Origin: Klebsormidium nitens
Lineage: Eukaryota > Plantae > Klebsormidiophyceae
Direction: 5' to 3'
Assembly: GCA_000708835.1 (NCBI GenBank)
Contig: DF236978.1
Span: forward strand, 248,001 to 312,000
DNA: 64,000 bases
Notes under the pieces: model-generated
Told to the model about the DNA's origin: nothing
What the model saw: only the letters and a program-made list of their open reading frames with translations
The model's database searches: none
In this document: piece after piece, positions 1 to 14,339 of the stretch
How the letters are laid out: each line of letters opens with the position of its first letter
Position numbering within the stretch: position 1 is the first letter of the stretch
Translations under genes and position numbers: made by a program

Positions 1-330
1 CCTAACTGTTGCGGCTTGCGCATGCGCAGCAAATTGTTGCATGGTGAAGAATAATTTGACATATATCATCTACCGTCCACAATTGTGGGTTTGGCACGTA
101 CCATAGTTTGCAGCATGGGCCCGACGATCGGCCGGCCGGGGACTAGCAAGTATGTATATGATGGATACAAGCACACAAGCTCATTCGGTGCCCCGCAGTC
201 CGACAGCTATAGCTCCATAAAGTGACTGATCCGGCGATCGCAATTGAATCTTGAAGGGACTTGGTACATTCAATTTGTTATAAGTCAGGACTCAGACGTA
301 CCGGTATATGCGGATATAGGATACAATATC
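1..330. other. Intergenic RY-alternating, short-palindrome-rich island (3' of PAT24)
   Basis: Dense GCGC/CATG/ATAT/GTAC/AGCT words and few purine or pyrimidine tracts. Contains CCGGCCGG at 132-139. Boundaries by eye; not counted. Confidence 0.5.
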
Positions 331-734
331 GAACTGCAATCTAGGGTGAGTGACTCACCCACTTAGTGTCGATTCTTGTGAAGCTCATGTGCAAATATGT
401 TGCTTAGTAAGCGCTACTAGCTCGGTCATTTTCAGAATCAGTGAGGTCGACCGTTTTAAACCTTACTTTTCACCACCGAGGTCAGATCATTGAAATAATA
501 GCCTGAAAGCTGGCTGCCGCGCTACTCCTGCAATGTGGCGTGCAGATTCTTGCTCCTGTTGACCTTCCCTCTCAATCTCCAAAGATGTCAATTCCATGGC
601 CAACGTCCTAAGTTGCTTCTTCATTCTACAGCTAGTGTCCTTTCAACCATAATGCTTTATTGTCTGCTTCTCTACGACCACGATCATAGAGAAACACAGC
701 AATGACACCCTTTCAACTTGCAATTCCCCAAGAA

Positions 735-3700
735 TCAAACGTGCTTTCCAGAACTAGAGGGCCGAGCACTTTTTGTAGCTTTTTTAGGGGGCAAGCCGAG
801 TCCCAAACCCTGGCCAAGCCCCAGCCCAAGCGGCCCGTTGCTTTGACCTTTCTCCACATCGTTATGCACATGCCCGTTATCGTGTTCGTGATTACAACTG
901 CTCGAATGCACATGCCCCTTTCCAAATAGACTACCCAAGAAACCCCCACCCGAATGCCCATTCGTGCCCGCGCTTGGCGTCGCGTGCTCATGGCTATGTG
1001 CGCGACTAAGAAGCTGCGGAATCTGCATGGGAGGATCCGTCGGCGCTGTCCAGGGAACGTCCACATCAGTGGTGTAGCCTTTCGAGAGGAACTCGGCGCA
1101 ATTCGCCCGCATGCCCTTGTCATACGGGTTGAAGTACCGGCCGTCGCCGCTCCGGAGGTACGAGTAGCGGTGCGAGTTCGCAACTTCGTTGGTCGTCACA
1201 TTACGCGCAATCTGCAAGAGTACGCAATCCCTTTAAAAAAAGTGGTCAAGAACCAGAAAAACGTCACAAGGTCGTTACTCCATGACTAGATTATGGATGA
1301 CTGGGGCCGCCTATGTTGTGCGCTTTGGACAATCTGAAGGCTTGATAACACTCACGGCTCAGGTCGTCCTACACTAATGCAACTATGTGTGATCGCTTTT
1401 ACTAGTAGACTCTACAGCATGCCTTCCGAAACGATAGCAGACGCATAAGTCATCACTATCTACATAAATCTTTCGTCTTTGTTACAGTCAAAGACAGTTG
1501 CTCAATCCGCTGAAATGGATCCTCAACTGTTGCAGACATCGGTGTCATTATTTTATGAACGAACTTCTACTTACAAACGCTCAAATCATGAAAACGTAAG
1601 TCGCAAAACCTACTCCAGTAGACCGCAACAATGCCGCAACAGCATTGCTCGCCAAGTACACTATGCGAAATGGCTACTCATTCGTCCTTTTGCCGTGAAC
1701 AGCAACTGAAAAACTGGAAAAATAAAGAGTCCGCCTTGCTTCTTGCTTCTTCCTGGATTTCGTCCTGGAAACCGGTTGAACAGCATCAGAAAGTGCAAAC
1801 ATTGTAGATCATAGCGTGAAAGAAGATTCGTTCGATCATATCGGCTGCTGACTTGGTCTGCAAAAGCAGCAAGTCCTTCAACCAGATAAGGGGGTATTCC
1901 GTTGGTTGTAAAGGCAGCCCACCTGCATCCCCTGGATGACTGCCAGTGAGAGCACGCTCATGAGCATGAAGAGGTCCCCAATGACAAACCCGAGCGCGCC
2001 GCCGTGCGAGGAACCCACGTGGGAGAACCACGTGTTCGGCTCTATGTGGTGGTCGTCGATCCACAGCCCTGCAAAACCACGGTGACAACCTCAGACTGGA
2101 AGGGCCTCTTTTGCGAGCGGTCAAGTTCCCAAATTTCTTTTGGCTGGCATGAGAAACTTGAAATATGGTGGTTGAGGCAGAAAGTTCCTTCGGAAAGGAC
2201 CCCAGATGCTTTTCGTCGTCCAGAACTCAATGCGCACAATGGAGTAAAGACCTTGTGAAGCCAAGTTTGCGCGTGCACGACCAAGCGCCCCGTAGCGACA
2301 TCGATCAATTTGTCTGCAGGGTCCGCTCAACATTGACGGAGGGTACAAATCACTCATAGCGAGGCGGTGATGTCCAACAGACTTACTGGAGTTTCTTCAA
2401 AAACGAAGGAAACCAGAGAAAGCCTCGTTCTCTGTCACGTGCGGTTGATTGACGCAACCAGGCGGTCCGAGGAGCCAGGAATGAAGCCGCCACTTCGTCC
2501 AATCTTCACCGCAAGCACTGAAGGGTGTCCTAATACCACCTTAACTGACGGAAAATCGTGAAAGCAGAAAACACCAAGCAAGAAGTATACAGAAAGCACG
2601 AAGCAGCACGGCGAGCGACACACGGCAACTTACGGTAGATCGCAACGGTCGCTCCCAGCGCCATGCAGAAGGACTCCACCGCGAGGAACACGAAAAAGTC
2701 CCACTTGTTCTTCTTCCCGACGCAGTTGCCGATCCAGGGGCAGTGGTGGTCGAAGTGCTCCACGCAGCGGTCGCAGATCGAGCAGTGCTTCGATCGCAGC
2801 GGGCGCACAATCTGCATTTCAAAGAGCGTTATTAAATATCTTCGTATGCCGAATATCTAATTTCGGAACGTGGCGCTGTGATGATGATATACTGTGATCT
2901 GGAACGCAGGCGGTTGCAGTCCGAGCAGTCTCTCGACCTCAGAGTTGCACAATGCGCGCATCCAACAGCAAGGGGGTTCTTGAATGAGTCCGGGGGTTGA
3001 AACCCGGAGGCTCGTGTGTCCGGGACTGCAGATGGGGCGGAGCTTGTGAAGTTGCCATGCCCACTATTTGCAGCCGCAAGTTCCGGGACTCAGGACTCTC
3101 TTGACTCATTCATATGCAGTATGAATTGCTGCAAAAACAATCTCGGGCTCTTCCCGCAGGGGGTGCATAATGTGCAACTGAGGCCATGATTTGATTGCCC
3201 TTTTCTGCATTCAGTCAACGTCTTGGCCTCTAAACTCCTTTCCTCAAAGTCCCGGATTCTTTCTACCGCATGGGAACCCGTCGACCTCTTCCACGGATTG
3301 CCAAAACAAAGGTGTTCCAGGACAGCCTTACCTTGCAAGTCGGACAGAGCTGATTCCAATTGCCAGCCCACAAAGCAGCGTGGTCGCGCATCCCCGTCCG
3401 AAGACCAACTAGAGGCTCCTGCACCGAAACCGGGAACGCTAAGCGAGTGACTCAGCGAATGAGATGCTCAATTACGAAGATGCTCGGAGTCCACGTAAGA
3501 AAAAGCTATCGTCCCCTCTGCAATAACTTCCGAAGCGAGGCGACACATCGAAACGTGGCAGCCTTGTGGCCAATCTGACCCGTGAATCCGTCTTCAAGAT
3601 GTTGAGCCACGACTGTCAAAGCACGTGCCCCTAGTGCTTTGAATCCTGCCCATCTTCCATTTGTTTTCCCAAGCAATCAACCTGCTTGCGACCAAGTTCC

Positions 3701-6700
3701 CTAACACTCGAAGTAATGTGCCCAATCTTCGTCCTGCCTCTCCCGTACCCCAACCTCGTGGTCTGCAAATGACGTCTGTATCCGAATGGAATTCTAAAAC
3801 CCCCACCCGTCCCCTGAGCCCCGAGTCCTCTGGACACTTGCACATTTTCAAAGACTGTGCCTTTCAGTGCAAAGCGGCCAAACCCAATGGTATCCGCTCG
3901 CTGACTCGCTACCTCTCTACTAACGGGCCTGTTCATAATAACCAGACCTCGAACTTGACAACTGACATCACATTTTCAAAATTATTCACGCCCTGTGAAT
4001 CCAGACACAGCTTCTATATAGCACCCGCACAAGACGAAAGTTACCAGCAAGCGAAGACTCAACCAAAAGATTCAAGACCTGACTGGCGGTGTCAAAGTCT
4101 CTTTAATGCGTTGAGTCTCATCTTCCGACACCACATCACATGAAAAAGCGGTGCACAAAGAAATATGTGTAATGGACGCTCACTTTAGAGGAAGCGGTGT
4201 AGCAATGGTAACTAGGAGTGAGCGCTCACCGATGCGCTGTCGCCCCCCTCGTCCCGCCTGCTTATGAACCCGGGGTCCCGCGTGGTAGCGCGCCACATGA
4301 TGCCCAGCCCCCCAAGAGCCCCGAGTACGCAAGTCCAGCCCCAGATGGCTTCCGAGGCGCTGATCTCCGCAAGGGAGCGGCTCAGGAGAACAGTGGTGAC
4401 AAAAAGGTAGACGAGACCAAACACTATGAGCCAGATGATGGGGGCGAGGCCGTAACGAGCGACCCACGCGAACTTGGAGTTGGGGTCGGGGCGCTTCTCG
4501 TACACGCGGCGGGCGTTGGACTGCGGGGTTGCGAAACGTGGACTCAAAGTGGATAGCGTGTTTCGGGACGTGGGTTAACCTGTCCGAGGTGGCGTGGGAT
4601 GGGGTGCGTTTCAAGGAACGGCCAGGCGTCAAATATGCAGTTAGGCCTTACAACGGGATAGTCGCAGTCATGCGCAGACTCTGAAAGAGCTCAAAACCAG
4701 TCAGGCGAAAACCATTTGCAATTAGGGACTAGTAACAATATCAAGGATGTCAGCTGCAGCGAGTATCGGATGTGACAAGCTGGTTTGGAAGGGAAGGCGC
4801 TCTCACATTCGAATAAAGCGGCTGAGTCCCACGCTTTAGGCGTTGACTGCCGATCGACATCTAATGCTTCTGTAAAGACGCGGCGAGTGATGAAAACATC
4901 CAATTCCCGCCGTCCACGAATCGCAGTCGTCATCGCCATTCAAAAACGACTCGACTTTTACTCTTTGAATGTACACATGAAACCAGTACCCGCGGGCAGA
5001 GTTTTGCCACGTCCTCCAGCAGCCGCAAATGCAGCCACATCACGCCTGCTCCCCTGACGAGATCACACACCAATCTTGAAGACCCCGCCTGCAGCACATT
5101 TTGACTGCCAGCCACGCCATCCAAGCCAGAGGCTCACCAGGAAGAGCGCCACATGGTGGTGGCCCTTGTCGCTCGCCAGCTGGCCGGGCGTGCAGCCCGT
5201 GCTGTCCTGCGCCGCCAGGTCCTCCTTTCTTCCGGCCTGAACGAGCACCGTCACTGCATCCAAGTGCCCACGGATGGCGGCCCAGTGGAGAGGCGTGCAG
5301 CCTGGGGGATGATGAGGGACGGGGTTGGTGGGGTAAATAAGTGAAATTTTTTTACTCTGACTACTGAGAGAAAGAGGTGGACCATTGAATGCACTCTTGG
5401 GTTTTCCCACTCCAGTAAGGATGCGTCTGTGGGACTGGCGACCAAGTGTACGAGAGTTACTCCCAAGGTCATTTGGGGAGAAATCTGAGAAGCGATGCAG
5501 ATGGTACTCATCACCTTCTTTGTCTGTGAAGGAACTTAGGGACTTTAGAAATCACTGAGGCATCAAACAACTTTGTCCTGATCATGTACAAAGAAGCGTA
5601 CAAGAAAGTCGCCACTTCTTTTGTACACTGATCGAAGCAGTGTCAGGGCCAGCACATGAAATAGCAGATCGAAATAATGATACCACACACACCAAAACCA
5701 GCCCCAACAAGGAAAACCGCATCCTCACCCTCCTTGTCTTGCCGAGAGATGGATGCGTCCATGAAGAGGAGCAATCGAATAGGGTCCACAAAGCCCTTGT
5801 AGGCGGCCCAGTGAAGCGCGCTGCGCCCGTCCTTGTCCAGGGCGTCAATCTCGGCAGACCATTTGGTGGCAACATGGTACAGCAGTGCCGTGTGACCATA
5901 CTGGGCCGCAACGTGCACAGTCTGCACCAGAGCAGAAACCAGTATTTTTGGAAGTTCTTCAACACAGAGTCTCCTTACCGATCCTGCGTTCTCTAGTTCA
6001 ATCCTCTTGGTGAAGGTGCAGCTCTCCTGAATGGATATCTGAAAGAGCCAGAAATGAAAGCGTACGTCATACGCCTCTGGCTTTGGTTGCTACCAAAAGA
6101 GAACTCAATATGTGCAGATGCAGAAATGAGGCGGTTTGTTGATAAGAGGTGTTTGCTAGGATTGCTGTTGCTCCTCCACGTCACAACGTCTTATGCATAC
6201 CTAATGCCTCGCCTAGTGACAGAAGAAAACCTGGCAAGACTGAAACAGTGTCTATTGTTCATACGAGGGACAATCATGCGACGAGAATCGAGCTTCATCT
6301 TCAGGCCCCCGCTTCTTGGCAAATGCTATTCTTAGGTAAATGACAAAGATCTAAGCCGCACATCCAGCCCCACCCCCATGGTTGCAACGAATAAAAGGTA
6401 AGCCTGACAAGTTGTAGAGACCTCCACTTCCCGAAGAACCCCGTTTGAAATTCTCTGAAGCCCTCTTCCGTCTAGACCCCCAAGCTCGGTCAGCTTCTCG
6501 ACAGGTTTCCCAGCATACTTGCTGTTCGATTAAGCCTCTGCACGAACTCACCCTATAACCGTGACTGTCTGTCAGCTCCACATCTGCCCCATGCTGCAGC
6601 AACTGCTCTGCAACTTGAATGGAACCTCTAACTGCCGTCCAGTGTAGTGCAGTCTGTCCCGTGTGATCCCTAGCGTTCACATCAGCCCCATGCTGCAAGC

Positions 6701-7582
6701 ATGGCAAAAGGTGTTGGATGCACTATCACCACATATTGGCGGACTTTGCTGCAGCAACAGAAGTGGTCACCGTCACAGGCCAAGAGCAAGAGCGCGAGGA
6801 GAAGCAGCAGCAGAGCATTCTCTGAACACTTCCAGCCAGAGTAGAGAACTTTGCTGCAATAGGGTCAAAGAACCACAGTCAAATACTCTTCACAACCACA
6901 GTCAGGAACTCTATCATTTGAAGCAAGTTCCAAAGGCGGTGGTCAAGAATGTAACCCTTGAGAAAACATACCGCTCATCTAAAAAAGCAGTGTCCGGCTC
7001 AGAAATCAGTTAGTGGCATCAACATCACCATACGATCTGACATCCAAAAAGCATGAGTGAGATTGACAGCCAAAGTTGCTTGTTCCTCACTTAACACCAC
7101 TGCTCAGAAACTATGAATGATCTTTAACCAAAACAAGATAAGACACTTGCAAAATACTTTGGCCAAGCACGCCAGCATCCTTGAGCAAGTCCACAAACAA
7201 AGATGACATTGATGGCATAACTTACCAAGCTAACAGCTCCAGGCAGCCAGCAACATAAAGTTAAACAAAGCAGCAGTGGGAATGAGTGATGATGACTGGG
7301 AACAATTCTACTTACTTCCAGCAGGAATTGAGCAGCCGGTCCTCGGTTGTTGAGCGCGGCCCATTGCAGCGCAAAGAATCCCCCTTTGTCGGGAATCAAA
7401 ATGGAGTGGCCCTCCCGCTCTACCAAGCGCTTCAGCTTGTCGAGGTCACCATAAGCAGATGCCGAGTAAACATCCTCCTTGATAGAATCATCGGTCCCGT
7501 TCGCAGGGCTTCCCTGCACTTGTGCCAGGCTTGAGGTTGCGCTGTTGCCAGAATCCTGGACAATCTCTATTTCAGATGCCAT
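735..7582 (-). CDS. PAT24: Ankyrin-repeat DHHC protein S-acyltransferase (PAT24/TIP1 type), 9 coding exons, ~647 aa
   Basis: Exons 7582-7316, 6692-6552, 5921-5729, 5301-5138, 4520-4230, 3418-3332, 2811-2634, 2068-1923, 1211-735. All are GT-AG, phase-consistent and total 1944 nt. Ankyrin repeats ([36 protein letters not shown]), TM helices, [47 protein letters not shown] motif and His-rich tail match plant PAT24/TIP1. Confidence 0.95.
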
Positions 7583-9924
7583 TGCCAGCAAAACCTGCTG
7601 AGACGGGACGTGCGCTTTCCACCTTGCTCAGAAAATGCTTTCAATGAAGCTCCGATTTTGCACAACTCCAAAAAGCAGGTCTCATGCTCTATCAATCATA
7701 AGAGGGAAAGGCTTGGTCGAAATGGAAAGAGTCGCTCTCGAAATTGTCCAGATCTTCCTAGACCCCGACTCCAAGGAAGGTGCTCCTCGAACTCAGAATT
7801 ACCAATTTCACTTCAAAGCATTCGAAAAGCTACAAGCTGCTGACACCAGCCTCGAAGCAGCACAAGAGAATCATATAGGCGTGCACCAGCACAGGACTCC
7901 CCCGCTGAGCCCCACTGCTAGGGGCGCCCCCTCCAACTTAACTTTCCGTCGGTTCCTAGCTGTGACAACTTTGACCAGCCTTCTAAGTTCTAGTGAACTT
8001 CCTTCCTGGCACCTGCCACCTGCTGCTGCCTGCAGCCCTGCTCATAGTCATAGCAGCTGGGTGAACGCCCAGCTTGCTTCACCAAGATTAATTAATATTA
8101 TTCAATTCGGTACTATTCAAAGCACGGGGCACTTCGACAGAAACCAACGAAGTCCTAACTCAAAAATTGATGTCCCTCTTCGCACACTCGCACTTCCTAA
8201 CCCCCTGATTAACCCCACAAGTCTCCCGGGTGCCCATCCTGGTGAAACCAAGATTCTGCCAGAAAATTCTCGCATATCGCACGTAGCAAATAGAAGCGGA
8301 GCGGTCCAAGACGTCCGATCTAAGACCAAGTATAAGCATCGACGGTACTAAGTTTCTGATATACAGACCAAATAGGGACGGTTGGGGACGGTATCGATCT
8401 GTTGCAAGATATCATCGACGGTTCGTATGCAAGAAGTCGATGCCCGATCAGCCGTCGATGCCTAGGAAAATATCTATCCTACGGTGCGCAAGTTTTCCCT
8501 GATGACGTCGGCCGAAGAAGACGTCTGCCTTCATTAGACGATCGACAGCTTCAGAGCATTTTGATTTCTACTAGTAACTAAGTACCTATTCTAGCTGCAG
8601 TTGATCAGCTGCAGCCCTCCACGCACCTGACGAAGGTAGGGCGCTGTCCTACTGGAGTGTTCCCTTCCGAACCTCTTGCCTCGTCCTAGAGATTCTCTGC
8701 AAGATGATGCCTGCTCATTGAAGTTGCTTTGAAGAGAAGAACGGTTGGTGAATGCATAAGTTTGCGCCATCTTGGAACTGCAAAAGTGAAATGTTTATGG
8801 AGAAATAAAGGAGTGGTAAGTCTGTGACGACGAAATGCCGTCATTGCAATTGCAATTATCGGTCTACTGCTATTGTTGCGGGAAGGGAATATAGACCCAA
8901 CTTTTGCATCCTTTTGCTTCTTGAGATCACTTGCCAGTTGACGATGCCAGTGGTCAAGATCCTTTCATTTTCAGCTTCCTTTCAGATTGCTGCTAAAATC
9001 AGTGTCTGGATGATTCTAGTCCATGATTTGAATTGAAACAATTTAAAAATGGGCCCAAAACGTTTTCCTTTGATTGTAGCCTTGAGAGGTTTATAATCGT
9101 TGTGCAATTAGAAACCCTCTCTGGCATCGGTTGTCAACACTTGACAGAACCAGGAAGGAACTAAATGGTGTCTGTCCTCGGGATTGGTAAGTTGATTATT
9201 CAGTCATAAAAGTCTACAATGATCGTCTTTACTTGCCAAAGCTAGTGTTATGCTCGGGCAAATAGCTGAAGTGTGTTTCCATTCAAAGAAGTTTGCACAC
9301 TTTTTCAAGTCAAATTCTGATTAGAGGACAAGATACGATAGAAAAATACGCTCTGCCAATAATTGCTGGGAGCAGGAACATTTTTTGCACCATAACCACA
9401 ATGATGACAACCGATACATCAGGATGTGACAGGTGTCCCCAATCTGAAGAGCCAGTATTTTCTCCGGTTCAACAGACTTCTTTACTAAAAAATTCATGAA
9501 CTTGACAGATTATGTTGATGAACTCTGGATCCGTTAGAAGGTTCTTTGCGCATTTCTTGAAAGATCTAGGAGAGACCACACCATCCCTCTCAGAGTGAAC
9601 AAGGTCAATATCAGGGCCTACAGCATACTATCTTGCAAGAATGTGCAGAAGCCTTGAGATGGCCGTTCGACTCGTGTCTTCACTGTCGCTGCCAGCTCTG
9701 ATCTATCTTTTTGTGCTGTAAGCCCCTGTTTGACACTTTGTTTCTTCTGCAAAATGTCCTATGTATTCAAAACGTCCTATGTATTCGAATCTGATCGGGT
9801 CACCTCATGTGAGCCTATCATTTTCAAATTCAGGCAAACCTCTCGTTGCAGTTCCAATTGCTCAATCACCTCTCTTCAACCGCACCATCTGTCAACTCAA
9901 GGAAAAGTTTAGAGTCTGCTATCC

Positions 9925-12900
9925 ATGGCGCCGAACGGCAGTCTTCCCCAGTCCGGCCGGCCCAAGAAGCGGGGGCGGCCCAGCAAAGCCGACAAGCTGG
10001 CCATTGAGCTCGCTCGCCGGGTAGCAGGAGCAGTCTCAGCCGCCGCCGCCGCTGCCAAGGTTTCCGCCGCCAAAGCTCGAGAGCAAGTTCTCAAGCGGGG
10101 TCGTGGAAGGCCCCCACAAGCTTTGAAGGTTGAAGTGGAGGAAGAAAGTGAGCAGGAAGAGGAGGAGCCTCAGGAGGCTGTGCGGCCGAAGAACCGGAGG
10201 AAAGGCGCTCCTAGACGAGCCCCAGGGTCCACTGCAGGTGAGACAGGCTTGAGGCTGACTGGTGCATGATCTCGTCTGGAGGTTCGTGCAAGAGATCAGA
10301 TTCTATTCTCGTCGTATCTGTGATAGCGTATGCTGAGGTCGTTTTCCTGATCCTTCTCGAGCCTTTAATTTATTCAAGGACTTACTGTTGATTCTACTTC
10401 TGATCAAGCCGAAAGGCAGGAGCTCTCGACGTCCGTGGCTCTAAGTGCCTTTGTGTTGAACACAGAATTACTGGGCGACTACCTAGAGGAGTTGTTAAGA
10501 TCAAAAAGAAAGTCCAATGATACGAGCAGATGTCACGTGCAGTCTCGCACATTTTCAGCCGCCCCTGAAATACCTGACCTTCTTTTGCGTGGTGTCTCGA
10601 TTTTCAACTTATCGTGTATGCTTTCATCCCACACTCGTTACAGTATCTCGCTCTTCTTAGGCGTTCAGGTTTTTTTGAAGCAGATCGATCTTAAAGCTGC
10701 AATTCACCGCCTGCTTTCCCTCCTCTGCAGAGTGGCTTCAGAGGCCTTTGTCAGCACCCATAATCAGACGGCAGCCAAGAGATATCAAGCACCTGGATAT
10801 AACCGCGACAGATGTGAGTCGCGAGAATAAATCGACTCAATGATGTCTCATTCAAGCTGTCGCCGCAGACTGCCTTTCGATCAGACGTTCTATAGGCTTT
10901 CTGACTTGCTGGTACCAACGTTAAGACGGTTTAGATTTGACACTCCGACAGAGGACGCTTTCAGTATCTCTGAGGATTCAAAGCTCTTGGTTCGACGCCG
11001 AAGTTGCCCATCACCTTATTGGTCAAACAGGCACTTAGCAGCTACAGATGCCCGTGGGACTTGAAAGTTAGTCGGCTTTTCATCCTTCCTAATGTCCTGC
11101 TAAGCTCATTCCCCTCTGCTTTTGCATTGCATCCGGTTTCATTTTCGAAGTCTATCGGCTTTGTCTCGGAGTCCTCTAGCGATCGGAACAAGCTTCTCTG
11201 AAAAGAGATCAGATATTAACTCGCCCCGAATACTCCTTTCATCCTGTCCGCAGATAGGAAAGCGCGAAACGAAGAGGAATCCCAAGTTCGACGAGTTTGT
11301 CACGTTTAGTCCCAGAAAGGCAAGTCGGCAGCAATCTTACTGGCTCTGCAGTTTTCAGATGACTGCGAGGGGCTTCGCGTCCTCCTTCACGAGGTCCGAG
11401 GGTTGTTCGATGTCTTTGTATACCACTTTACCAGGAAAGCACAGGAGATCAGACTCGAGAATGGAAAAGAAAAGGGGATGATTATGCTCGAAGCGATTAA
11501 GGGTTTCGCCGATGAGTCACAACCCAAGCCTGGTCGCCTTGCTGTCCTTCGAATCACTTTAGATGCTACATAGACGGCTCAAGAGCCGCGTCTGAGGCCT
11601 GCACCCTTGAGAACCTGGCGCGATGCGACGTCGAAGTTGACCAGTCGGACTGCGAAAGATACGCAGTGCGTCCCCTCTCAGTGCTACAGGTTGCGAAAAA
11701 ACATTCTTCGAGCTGCGCTACCAATACTAGGGATGTCAGGCAAACTCGTCTGCAGTGCAAGGTCCTGATTCTGGCATGCTGTACAAATCGATTCTCGGAA
11801 GCTTTAGTGCAAGACTCTGTTCGAGTCGAACCGTGTAATTCCTTGTTCTGAGCGATACAGTCTAGAGGGGCACCCGGCTTAGTGTCGCTACATTGAAGTC
11901 AGTCAGGAGTTCGGCTTCGACAAAACCTCATAATTCGAGCAAAGGACAGACCTGGCGTAGTCGGCAGTACAGTGCTTGCTGCGTCCGATAAAGCTGCGGT
12001 TAACTTACCAAAGAGTTGAAGTTAACCTCTGGTCGCAACTGCACGATCGTAAACAGATGGCGTCCCAAGAAATGGATGTGGAAGTCGATGATAAGCCGTT
12101 TGCTTGGGACCGTGGTTGTTATTGTACGGCTCAAGTTTGCTGATCGGCACAGATCGAATTCGGGTCAGGCGGTCAAATGTTCTGGGATGCTTCAGGTTGG
12201 AGAATCATTGCGCACTCGCCGTATGTGCAGGTAGAGAGTTCCGCCGACGAGACGTCGCGAAATCCGCTCAGTTCGGAGGCGGCATCCGACTTCGAAACGG
12301 ACTCGAACGCGGGGGTAGAGAGGCGAGATGGCTCTCAGCTACGGGAGAGCTCTTTGCAACGAGAAAGCTCCTTACAAAACGGAGAAGGTCAGTGGTCAGT
12401 GGAAATGTTATCTGGTCCTGTAGTAAGCCTCTATGAGTCCGTTTGGCTCTTCGCGATTCGCCATCGTAGATTTTGGAACACTCTCTTTTGGAATCAGCTG
12501 AATATAGGTTGATGATTGTCGTCTGGCCAACTACCAGAAGTTGGGGTGGTAAAGCGGTTTGCGTTGAGATGCAAGAGAACCAGAGCTAGTAGAGGTCACG
12601 TAAACCCAAGTCTGGTGACCAGAAGGTTCTGACGGCCCTGTTGAACAAGGTCATAAAATTTGTCACTTCGTTGAAGTCTGTCGACTTCGAACCCAATCAC
12701 CATTTTTCCTTGCACACTAGATACTCAAGTTTGAGAACCTCGGTAGGAGGAGGGGAGTCGCCGCTTGATGAATTTATTGCGATGTTCCGTCACGGCCTGT
12801 TGTCTGACTCGCACTGCAGCTAGGAGACTGGTTTTTCTTGGCCTTCGACCTAGCAACTAGGTTTCCGATCTCTTCGTGATCAGGTGATAATGTTGTCATT

Positions 12901-13836
12901 TTGACTGCACCGTACACAAAAGCTTACGGGGGCCTCCAATGTGTGAGCAGGGCTTGATGCGAAGAGATGGGAGAACGTAACACAGGTCATCAGATGGGCT
13001 CGGGATGCTGAGCTGCTTAGTAAAGAGGCGGCCGAACTGGTGAGCTCTCACTCTGCCTTTCCTTGAAAAGAGAGTGCATAGCGATTTGCTGCGGCGACAT
13101 TCCATCAACTCGTGGGCGAATGTTTGTTGTCAGAGCCGCTCACAGCAAATCGCTTCGCAGATCACGAAAGCCATGGTTTTCCACGAAGGCAAAAGCAACG
13201 TTCGTTTGACATAAGCGCACTGACTGAGAGCCGTTAGCAGTACTGATCAATGCTAACGAAGTTCAGGCATTTCGTTCGGATCTGATGATCGAGCGGAATG
13301 ATGTCTGAGCAACAAAAGCAGTGGAGGAGGATTTGGAGCAAATCGCACTCTGCATGATCTGGCGACTTCGAAGAGCTCCAAGAGAGCAAGCGAGCAAGCA
13401 ATTGTGGATTTTCAAGCCACTATCGATCGATGTATGTCCGAAACCCTCATAAAGCACGCCTTGAAGATGGTGATGCAGTTTTCTCCTGGAGTTTTCGAAT
13501 TGGTTTTCCAATCGCAGCCCTCAGTTGGGTGGAGTAAGATTCATCTTCCCAATCTGTCCGTTTGTCACAAGCTATCAGAGAGGCCCTGTAGACTATCCGG
13601 AACTCCTGTAGTTATCGAAAATCAGTCCTGGTCGGGATCTTATTCTTAAGCTGTCCGCAACCCAAAGTCCCTCTTGGCTCTTTCCTGGCTCTCTGGTGGC
13701 GGCGCCTATCCGACTTGTCGCAGTCCTCAAAGTTCATGCGGTGCCTCAGCAACCCGTGACTCCTTTTCCGCTGACATTTGACGTCAACCCGTCCGTTTTG
13801 CCCGCATTTGCAGCTGATTACCTTAGCCCACCAACA
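9925..13836 (+). CDS. AT-hook-containing protein of unknown function, only partly resolved (may be degenerate)
   Basis: Exon 1 (9925-10237) has AT-hooks KKRGRPSK and KRGRGRPP plus an acidic tract, and ends at a phase-1 donor G|GTGAG. A phase-compatible exon follows at 10731-10813 (EWLQRPLSAPIIRRQPRDIKHLDITATD|GTGAG). Further coding-like blocks lie near 11351-11530, 12231-12385 and 13650-13836 but could not be joined with certainty, so the 3' end is tentative. Confidence 0.45.
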
Positions 13837-14339
13837 TGACAGCGTCTTAGAAGAAGCTGTTCATGCGGTAGCTCCCGAAAATGACGTAGCCGGGTTCCTT
13901 AGAGTCGCAGACGATCTGCTCAGAAGATGGTTGCAAGCAAGCAACGGATGACCACAGTGCCTCTCAATAATGTCGTTCGTTGCATGGGTGCCAGCGGCGA
14001 CGAGGAGAAACTGTTGTTTAGACACGTGCTGCTGTAATATGGTGAATACCGACTGTTGTGTTTTGTTGCTTTTTCAAAGAAATAATGACTCGTCCAACCA
14101 AGAATGTCCAGTCCTGCAGTCTTGGGATCAGACAGGCTGTATACACACGCGCTGTCATCATGAATGAGTCCGGGACTACCGTCTCGCATACCCGCACATA
14201 ACATCAGCTTATTTTGAACCGAAAGTCTCTGATCGTAAAATGCTTGGTCTTAAATACGACCTGGTATGCGTCATCATCTTTACTTTGTCCAGTTTGTGAG
14301 CAATTCTGCTTGCTCACAGGCTAGGTAGCGTCCCCATTC

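Noticed and set aside
7635-8351. 238-aa plus-strand ORF
   Set aside because: It is antisense to the presumed PAT24 5' UTR/promoter, with no recognisable domain or codon bias.
8350-14200. Possible LTR retrotransposon or endogenous virus
   Set aside because: No LTR pair, PBS/PPT, or RT/integrase/capsid motifs were found; phase-matched splice sites favour a host-type gene.
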